In this document: positions 12,769 to 23,228 of the stretch, one piece after another
How positions within the stretch are numbered: the first letter of the stretch is position 1
Layout of the letters: the number at the start of each line of letters is the position of its first letter
From: Polyangiales bacterium
GTDB taxonomy: Bacteria > Myxococcota_A > Polyangia > Polyangiales > Ga0077539
Direction: 5' to 3'
DNA length: 64,000 bases
NCBI GenBank assembly: GCA_044229975.1
Contig: JBGARZ010000001.1
Coordinates: 1,024,001 to 1,088,000, forward strand
Notes under the pieces: model-generated
Told to the model about the DNA's origin: nothing
Database searches by the model: none
Seen by the model: the letters and a program-made list of their open reading frames with translations, nothing else
Position numbers and translations under genes: made by a program

Positions 12769-13464
12769 TCAGTCGGCGGGCGGGACGAAGTCGGCGCCGG
12801 CCTGGAAGAGACCGGCGACCGCGCCGAGGCCGATGCCGAGGAGGACGAGGAACAGCGCGATGGAGAAGACCTGCATGCGGCGCTGGGCCTTCGGCGAGGC
12901 CGCGAGGCCGTGGATGAAGGTCGCGGTGTACACCCCGTTGGCGAGGTGGAATGTCGTCCCCAGCACGCCGAGGATGTAGACCACCAGCGTCGGCGGGTGA
13001 TGGCGCATGTGGGCCGCGAGGTCTTCGAAGCTCTCGTGCCCGGTGGGGCTGTGCAGCGCCGGGCTGATGCGCGCGAGGTAGACGTGCGCCCCGATGAACC
13101 CCAGGAGCCCCAGCGCCGAGAGCCGCTGCAGCACGTACTTCGCGTTGCCGAAGAACTTGTACCCGTTGGGCTTCGTCATGGAGAGGCGGCGCAGGCCCCA
13201 CACGAGGTGGATGAGCAGCGGCGCGAACACCACGATGCTCACCAGCGCCGAGCTCACCGGGTTGCCGGTGTACGTGGGGCCGGTGGCCGTCACGCTCGTG
13301 TCGACGACACGCTCGGACCACGCGGCCGCGCCGCGCCAGGAGTAGAGGTTTTCCCACAGGTGCCACGCCACCCAGACGCCCAGGGGCGCGATGGCGAGGA
13401 CGGAGCCAAGTCGGGGAAAGAGGCCGCCCTGAGGGGGCGTGGTTTCGGCAACCGCTTCGGACAT
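12769..13464 (-). CDS. sdhC: Succinate dehydrogenase/fumarate reductase cytochrome b558 subunit (5-TM type)
   Basis: PLGVWVAWHLWEN, LIHLVWG, LQRLSA..FIGAHV, FHLANG: four haem-ligand His in TM helices as in Bacillus-type SdhC; start uncertain. Confidence 0.75.
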   Translation of the reverse strand: MSEAVAETTPPQGGLFPRLGSVLAIAPLGVWVAWHLWENLYSWRGAAAWSERVVDTSVTATGPTYTGNPVSSALVSIVVFAPLLIHLVWGLRRLSMTKPNGYKFFGNAKYVLQRLSALGLLGFIGAHVYLARISPALHSPTGHESFEDLAAHMRHHPPTLVVYILGVLGTTFHLANGVYTATFIHGLAASPKAQRRMQVFSIALFLVLLGIGLGAVAGLFQAGADFVPPAD

Positions 13465-13567
13465 CGTCGCGCTCTCCGTCAGTCGCGCGTGCGGCCCGTG
13501 GATGAGCCCGTCGCGCGCGGCGGAACAAACCACGAACCCAAGGGCTCGCGCAACCAGCGATCTAGGG

Positions 13568-14494
13568 TCACATCCAGCGGGTGGTAGAGCGCGCGTCGCC
13601 GTTGCGGAAGGCCACGGCGCGGGAGGCAGTCACGCGCTGGTCGCGATGCTCGACCCGACCGTCGTGCGAGACCGCGAAGCCCACCGAGTAGGCCCGACCG
13701 TCCCAGCGCACCGAATCGACGTTGTCGACGGGCTCACCCTCGGCGAGGAGCTGCCCGGCGTCGAGCCGATGGCCCTGCGCGTCGACGCGGGTGAAGTACA
13801 CGCCCTCGCGAAGCTGCGCAGCGAGACCAAACTCACGGCCATTGAACACCAGCCGCGCCGAGCGCGGGTCGGCGAGACCGTCGTGGATGATGGTCGCCGC
13901 GCCCCGCGGAGCGCCGTCAGCACCCACCAACTGAAAGCGCACCCGACCGTTTTCCGCATCGACCCAGGCGACGCCAAACGCATCACCCGCAGCGACCACG
14001 GCCGGGGCCGAGAGCCCCTCTTCTTCACTCACCAGCGCACGAACGCGAACCGGCGACGCGACCCCGGTGCCCTGCGCGTCGGTGACGGCGAACCACATGC
14101 CCTCGCCGTCGTGCCAGGCGGCGCCGAGGCGCTGGGCGGTGCGGGCGGTGGCGATGTCTTGATGGTTGGCGTCGGGGACGAAGGTCACGCCGTCGGGGCC
14201 GGGACGGGTGTGCGGGAGGGCGTCGACCGGAGCATTGGCGGGCGGCGTCGCGGGGCGGAGGGCCGCGAGGTCGGGCGCGCGCTGCGTGATGGACGCGCTC
14301 TCATCGAGGGTGAGCCGGGGACTGCGGGACGGGCGCTCTGCAAGGGCCCCCTGGGCGCCTTCTCCTACCGCGCGCTGAACGCGTGCGACGGAGCGCTGGA
14401 CCTCCGGACGATCGGCGCACCCGGCGAAGAGCGACGCGCTGGCGACGCAGAGTCCGACGAGGGCGAAGGTGGTTCGGTTGGAGCGAAGATGCAT
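13568..14494 (-). CDS. Hypothetical lipoprotein with beta-rich repeats
   Basis: Signal peptide with lipobox FAGC; repeated 'FGVAW/LGAAW' beta segments. Confidence 0.7.
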   Translation of the reverse strand: MHLRSNRTTFALVGLCVASASLFAGCADRPEVQRSVARVQRAVGEGAQGALAERPSRSPRLTLDESASITQRAPDLAALRPATPPANAPVDALPHTRPGPDGVTFVPDANHQDIATARTAQRLGAAWHDGEGMWFAVTDAQGTGVASPVRVRALVSEEEGLSAPAVVAAGDAFGVAWVDAENGRVRFQLVGADGAPRGAATIIHDGLADPRSARLVFNGREFGLAAQLREGVYFTRVDAQGHRLDAGQLLAEGEPVDNVDSVRWDGRAYSVGFAVSHDGRVEHRDQRVTASRAVAFRNGDARSTTRWM

Positions 14495-14627
14495 GAACGG
14501 CCTCACTGGGTAACAGAGCGTCAACGGCAACTAAGCAACAGCCCGTGACCGTAACCTTGCGATCGCAGGCTGGCAAAGGGGGCCGTGGACGTTTGGTGGT
14601 TGGTGGTAGGTTCGCCAACCCCAACCC

Positions 14628-17000
14628 ATGCCCACGGTATCTCGCGGCCTCGCCCTCGCGGTGCTCGCCCTCGTCTCTGCGACCACCGTCGCCGCCGAGG
14701 TGCTCCTCACGCGCGCTCTCTCCGTTACGACCTGGTACGGCCTCGCCTTCGTCGTGCTCTCGCTCGCGATGCTCGGCCTCACGCGCGGCTCGCTCGACGC
14801 CGACGCCGCGTCGCGCGCTCGCGAGCCCATCGGCCCGTGGATCGCCCAGCGTCTCCTCGCCCTCTCGCTCGGCCTCGCGCTCACCGTGGCCGTCGTCGTG
14901 TCGGTGCCGCTCACCTTCTCGCTCAACCTCTCGTCCCTCGCGGCGCTCCTCGTCGTGAGCGGCGCCGCGGCCGTTCCCCTCGTCGCGGGCGGCGCCATCG
15001 TCGCGCGCCTCCTCGCGGACACCGAGGTCCCCTCGCCCGTGCTCTACGCCGTCGACCTCGGCGCCGCCGCGCTCGGGGCGCTCGCGCCGCTCGTCCTGCT
15101 CGGTCCCTTCGGTGCGCCCGACGCGCTCGTGCTGCTCGGCGGCCTCTGCGCCGCCGCGGCGTGGGCCGTCGCCGCGCCCGGTGACCCCACGCGTCGACGC
15201 GCCATCGCCATGGCCATCGCCTCGCTGATCGTTGCCTTCTTCGCGCGCCACTCCGACGCCGGCCTCGTCATCCGCTACCCCAAGGGAGCTCCGCGCAACG
15301 AACGTGAAGTCGCCGCCTTCGAGGCGTGGACCCCGCTCGCGTACGTCCGCCTCGGGGCCTTCCGCCCGGTGCCCCACTGGCACCTCTGGTCCCCTTCGCC
15401 GAATACACCGCCCGGTATGGTCGAGGCCGCCGACGCCACCCTCGACGGCGAGGCCGCCACCCCCGTCTACGCGTGGCAGACGCCCGCGCAGCTCAACATC
15501 CTCCGCTTCGACGCAACCACCTCCGCGCACGTCCTCCGCCCCACCGGGACCGCCTGCGTCATCGGCGTCGGCGGCGGGCGCGACCTCATCGCCGCCCTCG
15601 CCGTGGGCCACGACCGCGTGCTCGGCGCGGAGATCAACCCCGGCATCGTCGCGATGCTCGGCGCCGTCCGTCGCCGCTCGCCCACCCTCAACGACCCGCG
15701 CGTCACCGTGCGCCTCGGCGACGGTCGCGCCCTCTACGCCCGCTCGCGCGTCCACTGCAACGTGCTCCAGGCGTCGCTCGTCGACACCTGGGCCGCCACC
15801 TCCGCGGGCGCCTTCGCGCACACCGAAGCCACGCTCTACACCCGCGAGGCGTGGTCCATCTTCTTGCGCCGCGTGGCGCCCGCCGGGGTGCTCACCTTCT
15901 CGCGCTGGTATGACCCGCGCCGCGTGAGCGAGACCGCCCGCCTCGTCGCCCTCGCCGTCGCCTCCCTCCACGACCGCGGCGTCGCGCGCCCCCGCGAGCA
16001 CCTCGCCCTCGTCGCCGCGGGCAACGTCGCCACCATCCTCGTCAGCCCGGCGCCCTTCAGTGCGTCGGACATCGCAGCGCTCCATGACCTGGAAACACGT
16101 CTGCGCTTCACGCTGCTCGTCACGCCCGACCGGCCTGTCACCGAGCCGCTCATCGACGCCATCCTCAACGCGCGCAACGACGAGGCCCTCGCCGCCGTCG
16201 GTCGTCCGCTCGGGCTCGACACCTCGGCGCCCACCGACGAGCGACCGTTCTTCTTCCAGCTCCTCTCGGCGCGCGCGTGGCTCCACCCGGTCGTCGCGCT
16301 GGGGCTCGCCCGCGGATCGGCAGGGGTCATCACCGGCAATGCCACGGCGATGTTCGAGCTGCTCGCCACCTTCGCCGTGGTGCTGCTCGTCGCCGCGTGG
16401 CTGCTCGGCCCCGCGCTCGTCCGTTCGGCCCGCGACCCGGAGCGCCCGCAGGGCCGTGCCCTCGTCTACTTCGCCGCCCTCGGCGCCGGCTACATGACCG
16501 CCGAGCTCGCGCTCGTGCAGCGGCTCCATGTCGTCCTCGGGCACCCCACCTACGCGCTCATCGTGGCCCTCGCGGGGATGCTCGTCGCCACCGGCGTCGG
16601 CGCGCTGCTCTCGCCGCGCGTGCTGCGCACCAACCGCCACGTCACCGTCGCCGCCGTGCTCGCTGCGATCGCGCTCGTCGCCCTCCCGTACGCGGTGCTG
16701 CGCCCCCTCGCCCGCGCCACGCTCGAAGGCGCCGAGACGCTCCGCTTCGGCGGCGCGGCGGCCTGCGCGGCGGTCGTCGGGTTGATGCTCGGGCTCTTCT
16801 TCCCCGCGGGACTGAAGGCGTTGCCGAAGCGCGAAGGCGCGGCGTTGGCCCTGGCCGTCAACGGCGCGAGCAGCGTGCTCGGGTCGGTGCTCGCGACCAC
16901 GCTGTCGGTGTGGTTCGGCATCCCGGCGACCTTCGCGGCCGCTGGGGCGATCTACCTCGTCGCGGCCTGGGCCTCACCCGCGCGCTGGCGCGCCGAGTGA
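14628..17000 (+). CDS. Polytopic membrane protein with central spermidine-synthase-like SAM-binding domain
   Basis: TM bundles at both ends (LYAVDLGAAALG; YFAALGAGYM..ELAL); VIGVGGGRD, AEINP, GDGR, LYTREA. Confidence 0.85.
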   Translation: MPTVSRGLALAVLALVSATTVAAEVLLTRALSVTTWYGLAFVVLSLAMLGLTRGSLDADAASRAREPIGPWIAQRLLALSLGLALTVAVVVSVPLTFSLNLSSLAALLVVSGAAAVPLVAGGAIVARLLADTEVPSPVLYAVDLGAAALGALAPLVLLGPFGAPDALVLLGGLCAAAAWAVAAPGDPTRRRAIAMAIASLIVAFFARHSDAGLVIRYPKGAPRNEREVAAFEAWTPLAYVRLGAFRPVPHWHLWSPSPNTPPGMVEAADATLDGEAATPVYAWQTPAQLNILRFDATTSAHVLRPTGTACVIGVGGGRDLIAALAVGHDRVLGAEINPGIVAMLGAVRRRSPTLNDPRVTVRLGDGRALYARSRVHCNVLQASLVDTWAATSAGAFAHTEATLYTREAWSIFLRRVAPAGVLTFSRWYDPRRVSETARLVALAVASLHDRGVARPREHLALVAAGNVATILVSPAPFSASDIAALHDLETRLRFTLLVTPDRPVTEPLIDAILNARNDEALAAVGRPLGLDTSAPTDERPFFFQLLSARAWLHPVVALGLARGSAGVITGNATAMFELLATFAVVLLVAAWLLGPALVRSARDPERPQGRALVYFAALGAGYMTAELALVQRLHVVLGHPTYALIVALAGMLVATGVGALLSPRVLRTNRHVTVAAVLAAIALVALPYAVLRPLARATLEGAETLRFGGAAACAAVVGLMLGLFFPAGLKALPKREGAALALAVNGASSVLGSVLATTLSVWFGIPATFAAAGAIYLVAAWASPARWRAE

Positions 17001-17809
17001 CGGCGCACGTTGAGCGGCGCCCCTCGTAGCGGCTCGGCTCCGCGCGGCACCACGAACTGATCCATGTTGATGATGGCGTACGGCGCCTGTCCGCTCGCGA
17101 CGAGCTCGGCGTTGCGACGCGCGACCACCGACATGATCTGCGGAAACGCCCGCACGCTCCACGGTCGCGTGTCGTGCATGAGCACCACGCCGCCGCGCGG
17201 ATGCTCCAGGAGTTCTTGCCGGAAGCGCGCGGTGACGGCCTCGGCCGAGGTGACCTCCCAGTCGTGGGTGTCGATCATCCAGTACGCCGGCGTGAGGTTG
17301 CGCGCCGCGACGGCCCCGAGGCTGCGCGGCGCGGTGAGCATCCCGAAGGGCGCGCGGAAGAGCGCGGGTCGCCTCCCGGTGGACTGCGCGACGAGATCGG
17401 CGGTGCGGTCGATCTCGTAGTCGATCTGCCGCGGTCGGAGATTGCCCAGCACGACGTGGTGGTAGGTGTGGTTGCCCAGCAGGTGACCGCGCCGGACGAT
17501 GTCCCGCAGCAGCGCTCGCTGCGCCCGGTGGTGCGGCTCTTCGCCGTCGATGCGGTGGCCCACCACGAAGAACGTCGCCCGCACATGGTGCGCGTCGAGC
17601 ATGTCGAGGAGGCGCGGCGTGGTGACGATCTCCGGGCCGTCGTCGAAGGTGAACGTCAGGCAGCGCGGATAGCGCGGCGGGCATCGGCCGTCGATGTGCT
17701 GGCCACCGAGCAGCGAGCGGCGCACGGGCGTCGGCGTGGCCTGCGCGAAGGGCAGCGCGGCGACGAGGGCGAGAGGGAGGAGGAGGGAGGCGAGGCGGCG
17801 GGCGCTCAC
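16952..17809 (-). CDS. Secreted polysaccharide deacetylase (CE4/NodB)
   Basis: TFDDGP, NHTYHH, FRAPFG, DTHDW, VLMHD; signal peptide; 3' end overlaps the convergent gene by 49 bp. Confidence 0.92.
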   Translation of the reverse strand: MSARRLASLLLPLALVAALPFAQATPTPVRRSLLGGQHIDGRCPPRYPRCLTFTFDDGPEIVTTPRLLDMLDAHHVRATFFVVGHRIDGEEPHHRAQRALLRDIVRRGHLLGNHTYHHVVLGNLRPRQIDYEIDRTADLVAQSTGRRPALFRAPFGMLTAPRSLGAVAARNLTPAYWMIDTHDWEVTSAEAVTARFRQELLEHPRGGVVLMHDTRPWSVRAFPQIMSVVARRNAELVASGQAPYAIINMDQFVVPRGAEPLRGAPLNVRRHSARQRAGEAQAATR

Positions 17810-17862
17810 ACGGGGGAAGCTATGCGCTCACCCCGCGCGGCGCGGAGTTTCTGGCGGAACGC

Positions 17863-19332
17863 TCAGGGAGCGGGCGGGGTGACGCCGATGGTGAGGTAGT
17901 ACGCCTCGATGGGCGTTCCCTCGGTCTCGCCCATGGCGAGGTACGGCGAGACGCAGACGACGTAGGTGCCACCCGGAACGCGCGTGACCGGCGTGGTGCC
18001 GCTGATGCGCGAGCAGACGTTGGCCGAGCTGATGTCGTCGTTGGTGGCGATGGCCGCCGCGGTGCCCTGGCGGTAGATGTTCACGACGGTGTCTTCGCCG
18101 TCACCCAGATCGCAGGCGCCGTTGGCGTCGCTGGTCTCGGCGTAGAGCGTCGCGCCCGTCGGGACGGTGACCGAGTAGCAGTCGACGTCGGTGCCGGTCG
18201 CGAGCGCGCCGCGGTAGACCGTGGTCGTCGTGGTGGCCGCCTGCGGGGCCATCGCGCTGTTGTTGGGCTCGGTCTCCATCGTCGGAGCGATGCAGAGGCG
18301 CGCGGCGGCCGGGGCGCCCGCGTCGGCCGCGACACCCGCGTCGCCGCTCACGGCGCCGCCGGGGGTGGCGTAGTTGGGGCAGAAGGCCATCGACGCGCAG
18401 ACCGCGGTGGTGCCGCAGGCTTCGCCAACCGCGACGGTGCGGCGGCAGATGCCCCGCGTGGCCATCGACGGCGTCGCGACCGAGCAGCTGAACGCGCCGT
18501 CGCAGAAGGGCGCGGTGGCGCGGCAGGCGGCGCCGGGGGCGGTGCCGTCGGCGGTGCAGACACCCGAGTTCATCGCCGTGGCGCCGACGCAGATGCTGCC
18601 GGTGGCGCACACGTCACCGAGCGGGCAGGGCATGCCGATGGGGATGGGCGGCGCCTCGCGAACCGTGAGCTGGAAGGCGCCGGTCAAGGCGCCCTTCGAG
18701 TTCGCGCCCCAACCACCGACGACGATGAACACCGTCTGGCCGGCGGTGAGCGCCGTCGAGGTGCGCGCGGTGGAGGTCAACATGCCGCCCGTGTCGTCGT
18801 TGCAGGCGAGCGGGGTCGCGTTGGCGGTGCAGGTCGGAAGGATGGCAACCACGGTGTCGAAGTCCGTGGCCGCGCCGACAGTGGACGCCGTGAGGAGGCC
18901 CGCGGTGCGGGTGGTGTAGCGGTAGACGATGGTCGCGCCCTTGGCGCCGTCGCCGCCCGAGGTCTGGCCAAGGCAGCCGCCCTCGGAGGCGAGACCGAGG
19001 TTGCCGATCTGCACGGCCGCGCCGTCGGTGTTGTCGCCCATCACGCGGATGGAGCCGTCGGCGCCGGGGGTCATCGTGGAGAGGTCGATCGCGGCGGCAC
19101 AGGTCGCGGCGACCAGGTTGCCCGCGTCGACGCGCTGAACGTCCGTCGCCGGGCGATCGCCCGCGGTGTCGGTGCCCTGCACGTCATTGGCGGTCTGCAC
19201 GTCCATCGCGCCGCCCATGTCCGTGGTCACGCCCGAGTCCACCGCCGGGGTGTTGCCGCCGTCGCTGCTGCAGGCTGCCAGGAGCCCGGTCGCGAACATC
19301 GTCGCGAGCAATCCACGCAAGTTGGTCTTCAT
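17863..19332 (-). CDS. Cys-rich myxobacterial lipoprotein with PPC-like (pre-peptidase C-terminal) domains
   Basis: GGAGG RBS, lipobox LAAC, D/A/G linker, DFDTVV..ACNDD and ETEPNN...DVDCY motifs. Confidence 0.8.
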   Translation of the reverse strand: MKTNLRGLLATMFATGLLAACSSDGGNTPAVDSGVTTDMGGAMDVQTANDVQGTDTAGDRPATDVQRVDAGNLVAATCAAAIDLSTMTPGADGSIRVMGDNTDGAAVQIGNLGLASEGGCLGQTSGGDGAKGATIVYRYTTRTAGLLTASTVGAATDFDTVVAILPTCTANATPLACNDDTGGMLTSTARTSTALTAGQTVFIVVGGWGANSKGALTGAFQLTVREAPPIPIGMPCPLGDVCATGSICVGATAMNSGVCTADGTAPGAACRATAPFCDGAFSCSVATPSMATRGICRRTVAVGEACGTTAVCASMAFCPNYATPGGAVSGDAGVAADAGAPAAARLCIAPTMETEPNNSAMAPQAATTTTTVYRGALATGTDVDCYSVTVPTGATLYAETSDANGACDLGDGEDTVVNIYRQGTAAAIATNDDISSANVCSRISGTTPVTRVPGGTYVVCVSPYLAMGETEGTPIEAYYLTIGVTPPAP

Positions 19333-19444
19333 TGAGAGTCCTCCATCGAAGGGATTTCCAGTCGGTGGCTCTGAGAAACCACGACCAAGGAAGCGCTCCC
19401 TTTCGCACGCGGCTACCCCGACCGTCAATCCGGTGGACGCGTGG

Positions 19445-20341
19445 TTACTCGACGGTGACAGACATCCGACAGCCGCTCGACCCACCGTGCCCATCGCGCA
19501 AGAACAACCACAGGCTCTGCGTGCCCGCGTGCTCGGACGGGTACCACTCGTTGTCGCGCGTCGGTGCGCGGGTGAGCCCCCGCGCCAGCGACCCGTTGGT
19601 CGCGTACCACGAGTAAAACGCCTGCTCGGTGCGCTCGTCGAAGGTGCCTACCGCGGTGAGCACCGTGAAGCGCTCCGTCCACGACTCGTTGGGATCAGGC
19701 ACCAGCGTCACGCGCTGCCCCCGCGGCACGCGCAGCCCATCGCCCTGCTCGGGCACGCAGTCGGGACCTCCCGTCGCGGGCACCGACACCCAGCGCCCGT
19801 TGACCTGCACGCGCGGGGTCGGCGGGTTGCGGTTGGGCCGCGGGTTGAGCGACACCACCACGCGCTTGTAGCCCTCCACGGTGCGCCCATCGGCCTCGAT
19901 GGTGAGCCCGACGCCGACGATCACGCCCACGTCGCGGAGGTAGCGCTCCACCAGCTCGCGCGGCGCCCGATCGCCGAAGCGCGCGAGCAGCTGATCGACG
20001 TCGACGCTCGCGGGCGGAATGACCAGCGTCGCCTCCTCGCCGCTACCCAGCGGAATCACGCGACCCGCGTCGCCCGTGCAGCCGGACTCGGAGGTTCCGG
20101 CGCCGAAGCCACCGTTGCCGGAGAGCGCGTCGAGGCCCGCGCAGGTGACCCAGCGGTAGCGCACCGGCCCCGTGATGCCGCCGAGCACGGCGCGGATGCG
20201 CACGGTGCTACCGGGGTTGACCTCAGGGGGGTCGGCGATGATGTCGAGGATGCGCGGCGAGACGACGATCTCCTTGGGGGCGAGGTCGCCGATGCAGCCG
20301 AGGGATACGGTGGCGCAGAGCGCCCATCGGAGAGAGCGCAT
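19445..20341 (-). CDS. Lipoprotein accompanying the TonB-dependent receptor
   Basis: ATG overlaps the receptor stop (TGATG); lipobox SLGC; PRIL..IADPPE and RDGHGG motifs. Confidence 0.75.
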   Translation of the reverse strand: MRSLRWALCATVSLGCIGDLAPKEIVVSPRILDIIADPPEVNPGSTVRIRAVLGGITGPVRYRWVTCAGLDALSGNGGFGAGTSESGCTGDAGRVIPLGSGEEATLVIPPASVDVDQLLARFGDRAPRELVERYLRDVGVIVGVGLTIEADGRTVEGYKRVVVSLNPRPNRNPPTPRVQVNGRWVSVPATGGPDCVPEQGDGLRVPRGQRVTLVPDPNESWTERFTVLTAVGTFDERTEQAFYSWYATNGSLARGLTRAPTRDNEWYPSEHAGTQSLWLFLRDGHGGSSGCRMSVTVE

Positions 20342-22773
20342 CAGTACTCCCCCGTCAGGCCGATGGCCGGAAGGATGGGCAGCCCCGGAAACGGAACGCG
20401 CTGCGAGAAGTCGTACTGGTAGAGCCAGTTCTCGACGTTCTGCGCGTAGTAGGCGTTGATGACGTCGAGGTACGCGGACATGCGCCACGGGCCCCAGCGG
20501 AAGCGGTAGTCCACGCGCACGTCGAGCTGGTGGTAGACGGGCAGTCGTTCGGTGTCCGAACCATCGGTGGCGCGCGGCGGGTTGATGGACCGATAGCGGT
20601 CGACGTCGGCGTCGTAGAAGGACCCGGTGACGAGGCGGCGCGGCGTGCCCGAGGCGAGCTGGAAGCGACCGCCGATGCGCCAGCGGGTGTTGATGTCCCA
20701 CGAGAGCGCGAGGTTGAGCACGTGGGTCTGGTCGAAGTTGAAGGGCACCACGGTGCCGTCGCCGACGTACCGCTCGCTGCGCGACAGCGTGTACGAGACC
20801 CAGCCGTAGACGCCGCGTTCGAGCTTGCGGCGGATGAGCACTTCGAGGCCGTACGAGCGACCCTCGCCGTCGTCGACGATGGACACGCGCTGCGGCCCGT
20901 TGGGCGTCGCGACGACGTCGCTGGAGTTGCGGGTGAGCCGGTACATCCGCGAGAAGAAGCCCGTGAAGCGGGCCTCAATGCTCCCGGGGAGGTTGAGCTC
21001 GACGCCCGCCGAGGTCTGCCACGAGCGCTGCGGTCGTAGCGTCGGGTTGCGCACACCGGGCACGAGGTTGAAGAAGGGCGGCTGCTGGTGGAAGAAGCCC
21101 GACGCGACGTTGGCCACCACGCGGGGATGGAGGCGCAGGCGAAGCACGGTGCGCGGGTCGCTCACCCAGGTGTCGACGAGCGCGTACTTCAAGCGATCGA
21201 GGCGCAGGCCCGCGGTAAACTCCACCGGCCCCGCGCGGAAGACCTCCTCGATGTACCCCACGACGCTGAACTGCGTGAGCCGCGGGCTGAACGCCAGGAT
21301 CGCCGGGTCGAAGGCGGGCGGCGGGACGCTCCCGATGTTGTCGGGCAGCGGCACCTGGAGGTTGGCGTCGAAGAGGATCGTGAGGATGTCGAGGCCGATG
21401 GTGGTGGTGAGGTGCTGCCCCGTGGGGATGCGCAGCGAGGCGCGCTCGCCGAGGATGTAGCCCGTCGAGGCGAAGGACTGATCCTGCTGGCCGGGCACCT
21501 GGTTGGTGAAGGCGGTGTCGTCGACGCCGACCATGCCTGACAGGCTGAGCTGCATGCGATTGGGCAGGCCGTAGTCCCAGCGCGCGATGAGCCGATGGAA
21601 GGTGTACGCGAGGTCCGAGCTCTGCTCGGCGGCGGTCTGGCCGACGCCCGTGGCGGCCGAGCGGGAGAAGGTGTCGTTGGAGCCGAAGACGAAGAGCGAC
21701 AGCTTGCTGTGGGCGTTGAAGCGGTAGTCCGCGCGCACCTGGTAGTCGGTGTACTGGAGGTTGACGCCGTCGACGATGAGCGGGGCGATGAGCTCCAGGT
21801 AGCTGCGGCGCACCGCGAAGGCGACCGAGCCGCGACCGTGGTCGAAGGGCACGACGGCCATCGCGCTCGCGCGCAGCACGTCGACGGAGAACTCCAGGAA
21901 GGGTCGGTCGGAGGGCGGCGGCCGGGTCTCCAGCGAGATGACGCCGGCGGAGAAGCGGCCGTACTGGAGGGGGTAGCCGCCGGGGAAGAAGTCGAGCTGC
22001 CCGACCAGGCGCGAGGAGATGACCGCGGGCCCGGCGCCGAAGTGATAGAGCAGCGGGACGGGGAAGCCGTCGATGAAGAAGCCGGTGTTCTCGAAGGAGG
22101 CGCCGCGCACCACGAAGAACCCGAGACCGAAGGGTGAACGCGCCACGCCGGGCATCGCGGCGACGACACGCGTGGGCTCGCCGAGGGTTCCGGGGACGGT
22201 GGTGAGCTCCTCGCCGTGGAGGCTGAAGGTGGTGGCCGCGCCCGCCTGACGACGCGAGCGAACGGTGGCCTCGCCGGACTCCGGGTCGGCCGCGGGTGAG
22301 GTGACCGCGGGGCGCACGACGGGCGCGGCGGGTGCGCCAGGCGAGGTCGAAGGCGTCGGTGCGACGGGGGCGGTCGAAGGCGAGACGACGAGGTCGGCGG
22401 TGTCGCCCTCGTAGGGGTTGCGGGGAATCACCGAGCGGCGCGTCGGAGCGCGCAGCCGGAAGCGGAAGCGCATGCGGGCGGGCATCGCGCGGCCGCCCTG
22501 CTCGGCGGGCTCGAACACCATGCGGGAGGTGGCTTCGAGCACCGTGGCGTCGAGGTCGGGGCGCAGGCCCTCGACGACGACGACATCCTGCACATGGCCC
22601 GTCGCATCGACGGTGAACTCCAGGCGCACCGAGGCGCCGTCGGCGATGGAGTCGTCGTCGGGCAGCGGGACATCGGGCGCCGAGATGAGCCGCGGCGCGT
22701 GGTCGACGGCGAGCGCGAGCGACGGGACAGCGAGGGCGGCGAGACAGGTGAGCGAGGAGAGGAGGCGCTTCAC
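20341..22773 (-). CDS. TonB-dependent outer-membrane receptor with N-terminal TonB C-terminal-like domain
   Basis: Signal peptide; VRLEFTVDATGHV..FEPA; plug motif (VVRG..N.FFIDG.PVP.LYHF; GGYPLQYGR); beta-barrel ending GLTGEY. Confidence 0.9.
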   Translation of the reverse strand: MKRLLSSLTCLAALAVPSLALAVDHAPRLISAPDVPLPDDDSIADGASVRLEFTVDATGHVQDVVVVEGLRPDLDATVLEATSRMVFEPAEQGGRAMPARMRFRFRLRAPTRRSVIPRNPYEGDTADLVVSPSTAPVAPTPSTSPGAPAAPVVRPAVTSPAADPESGEATVRSRRQAGAATTFSLHGEELTTVPGTLGEPTRVVAAMPGVARSPFGLGFFVVRGASFENTGFFIDGFPVPLLYHFGAGPAVISSRLVGQLDFFPGGYPLQYGRFSAGVISLETRPPPSDRPFLEFSVDVLRASAMAVVPFDHGRGSVAFAVRRSYLELIAPLIVDGVNLQYTDYQVRADYRFNAHSKLSLFVFGSNDTFSRSAATGVGQTAAEQSSDLAYTFHRLIARWDYGLPNRMQLSLSGMVGVDDTAFTNQVPGQQDQSFASTGYILGERASLRIPTGQHLTTTIGLDILTILFDANLQVPLPDNIGSVPPPAFDPAILAFSPRLTQFSVVGYIEEVFRAGPVEFTAGLRLDRLKYALVDTWVSDPRTVLRLRLHPRVVANVASGFFHQQPPFFNLVPGVRNPTLRPQRSWQTSAGVELNLPGSIEARFTGFFSRMYRLTRNSSDVVATPNGPQRVSIVDDGEGRSYGLEVLIRRKLERGVYGWVSYTLSRSERYVGDGTVVPFNFDQTHVLNLALSWDINTRWRIGGRFQLASGTPRRLVTGSFYDADVDRYRSINPPRATDGSDTERLPVYHQLDVRVDYRFRWGPWRMSAYLDVINAYYAQNVENWLYQYDFSQRVPFPGLPILPAIGLTGEY

Positions 22774-23228
22774 GTCCACCCCTCGACTCTTACCGGGATG
22801 AGCTTCGCCACGGTGGCGCGATCGACGAGGTTGCCCGGCGGCACGAGCGCGAGCCCGCCGTCGCGCGGCGCGAAGGCCAGGATGATGGGCCCCGCCTCGG
22901 CGGTGTAGGCGAGCTGCACGAGGAGGTCGCGCTCGAAGACGCGGCATTGCTTCTCGCAGCACCAGAAGGCTTCGCGCACGCGGTAGACGCCTTCGGGGGC
23001 GAGCGCGTCGAGGGTGCGCGTCCAGCCCGTCGAAGGCACCGTGACGCCGGTGTTGGTGAACTGCGCGCGGTGGTGGATCCACCCGGTCGGGAGGAAGACG
23101 CCGGGGCCGTGGTCGCCGTGGTTGTGGAAGGAGACGAGGCGCCCGGCGGGAATGGTCCCGAGCGCCGTGGTCGTGCGGTAGAGCCCGCACGGCGGGAGCG
23201 GCCCCGCGTCGGGCTCCGCCGGGGTCAT
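22770..23228 (-). CDS. Hypothetical protein with HNHGD and WCCEKQC motifs
   Basis: Start/stop overlaps with both neighbours (ATGA, GTGA). Confidence 0.7.
   Translation of the reverse strand: MTPAEPDAGPLPPCGLYRTTTALGTIPAGRLVSFHNHGDHGPGVFLPTGWIHHRAQFTNTGVTVPSTGWTRTLDALAPEGVYRVREAFWCCEKQCRVFERDLLVQLAYTAEAGPIILAFAPRDGGLALVPPGNLVDRATVAKLIPVRVEGWT

Noticed and set aside
19333..19444. Riboswitch in the leader of the PPC lipoprotein gene
   Set aside because: One modest hairpin only; no c-di-GMP, cobalamin or other aptamer consensus recognised
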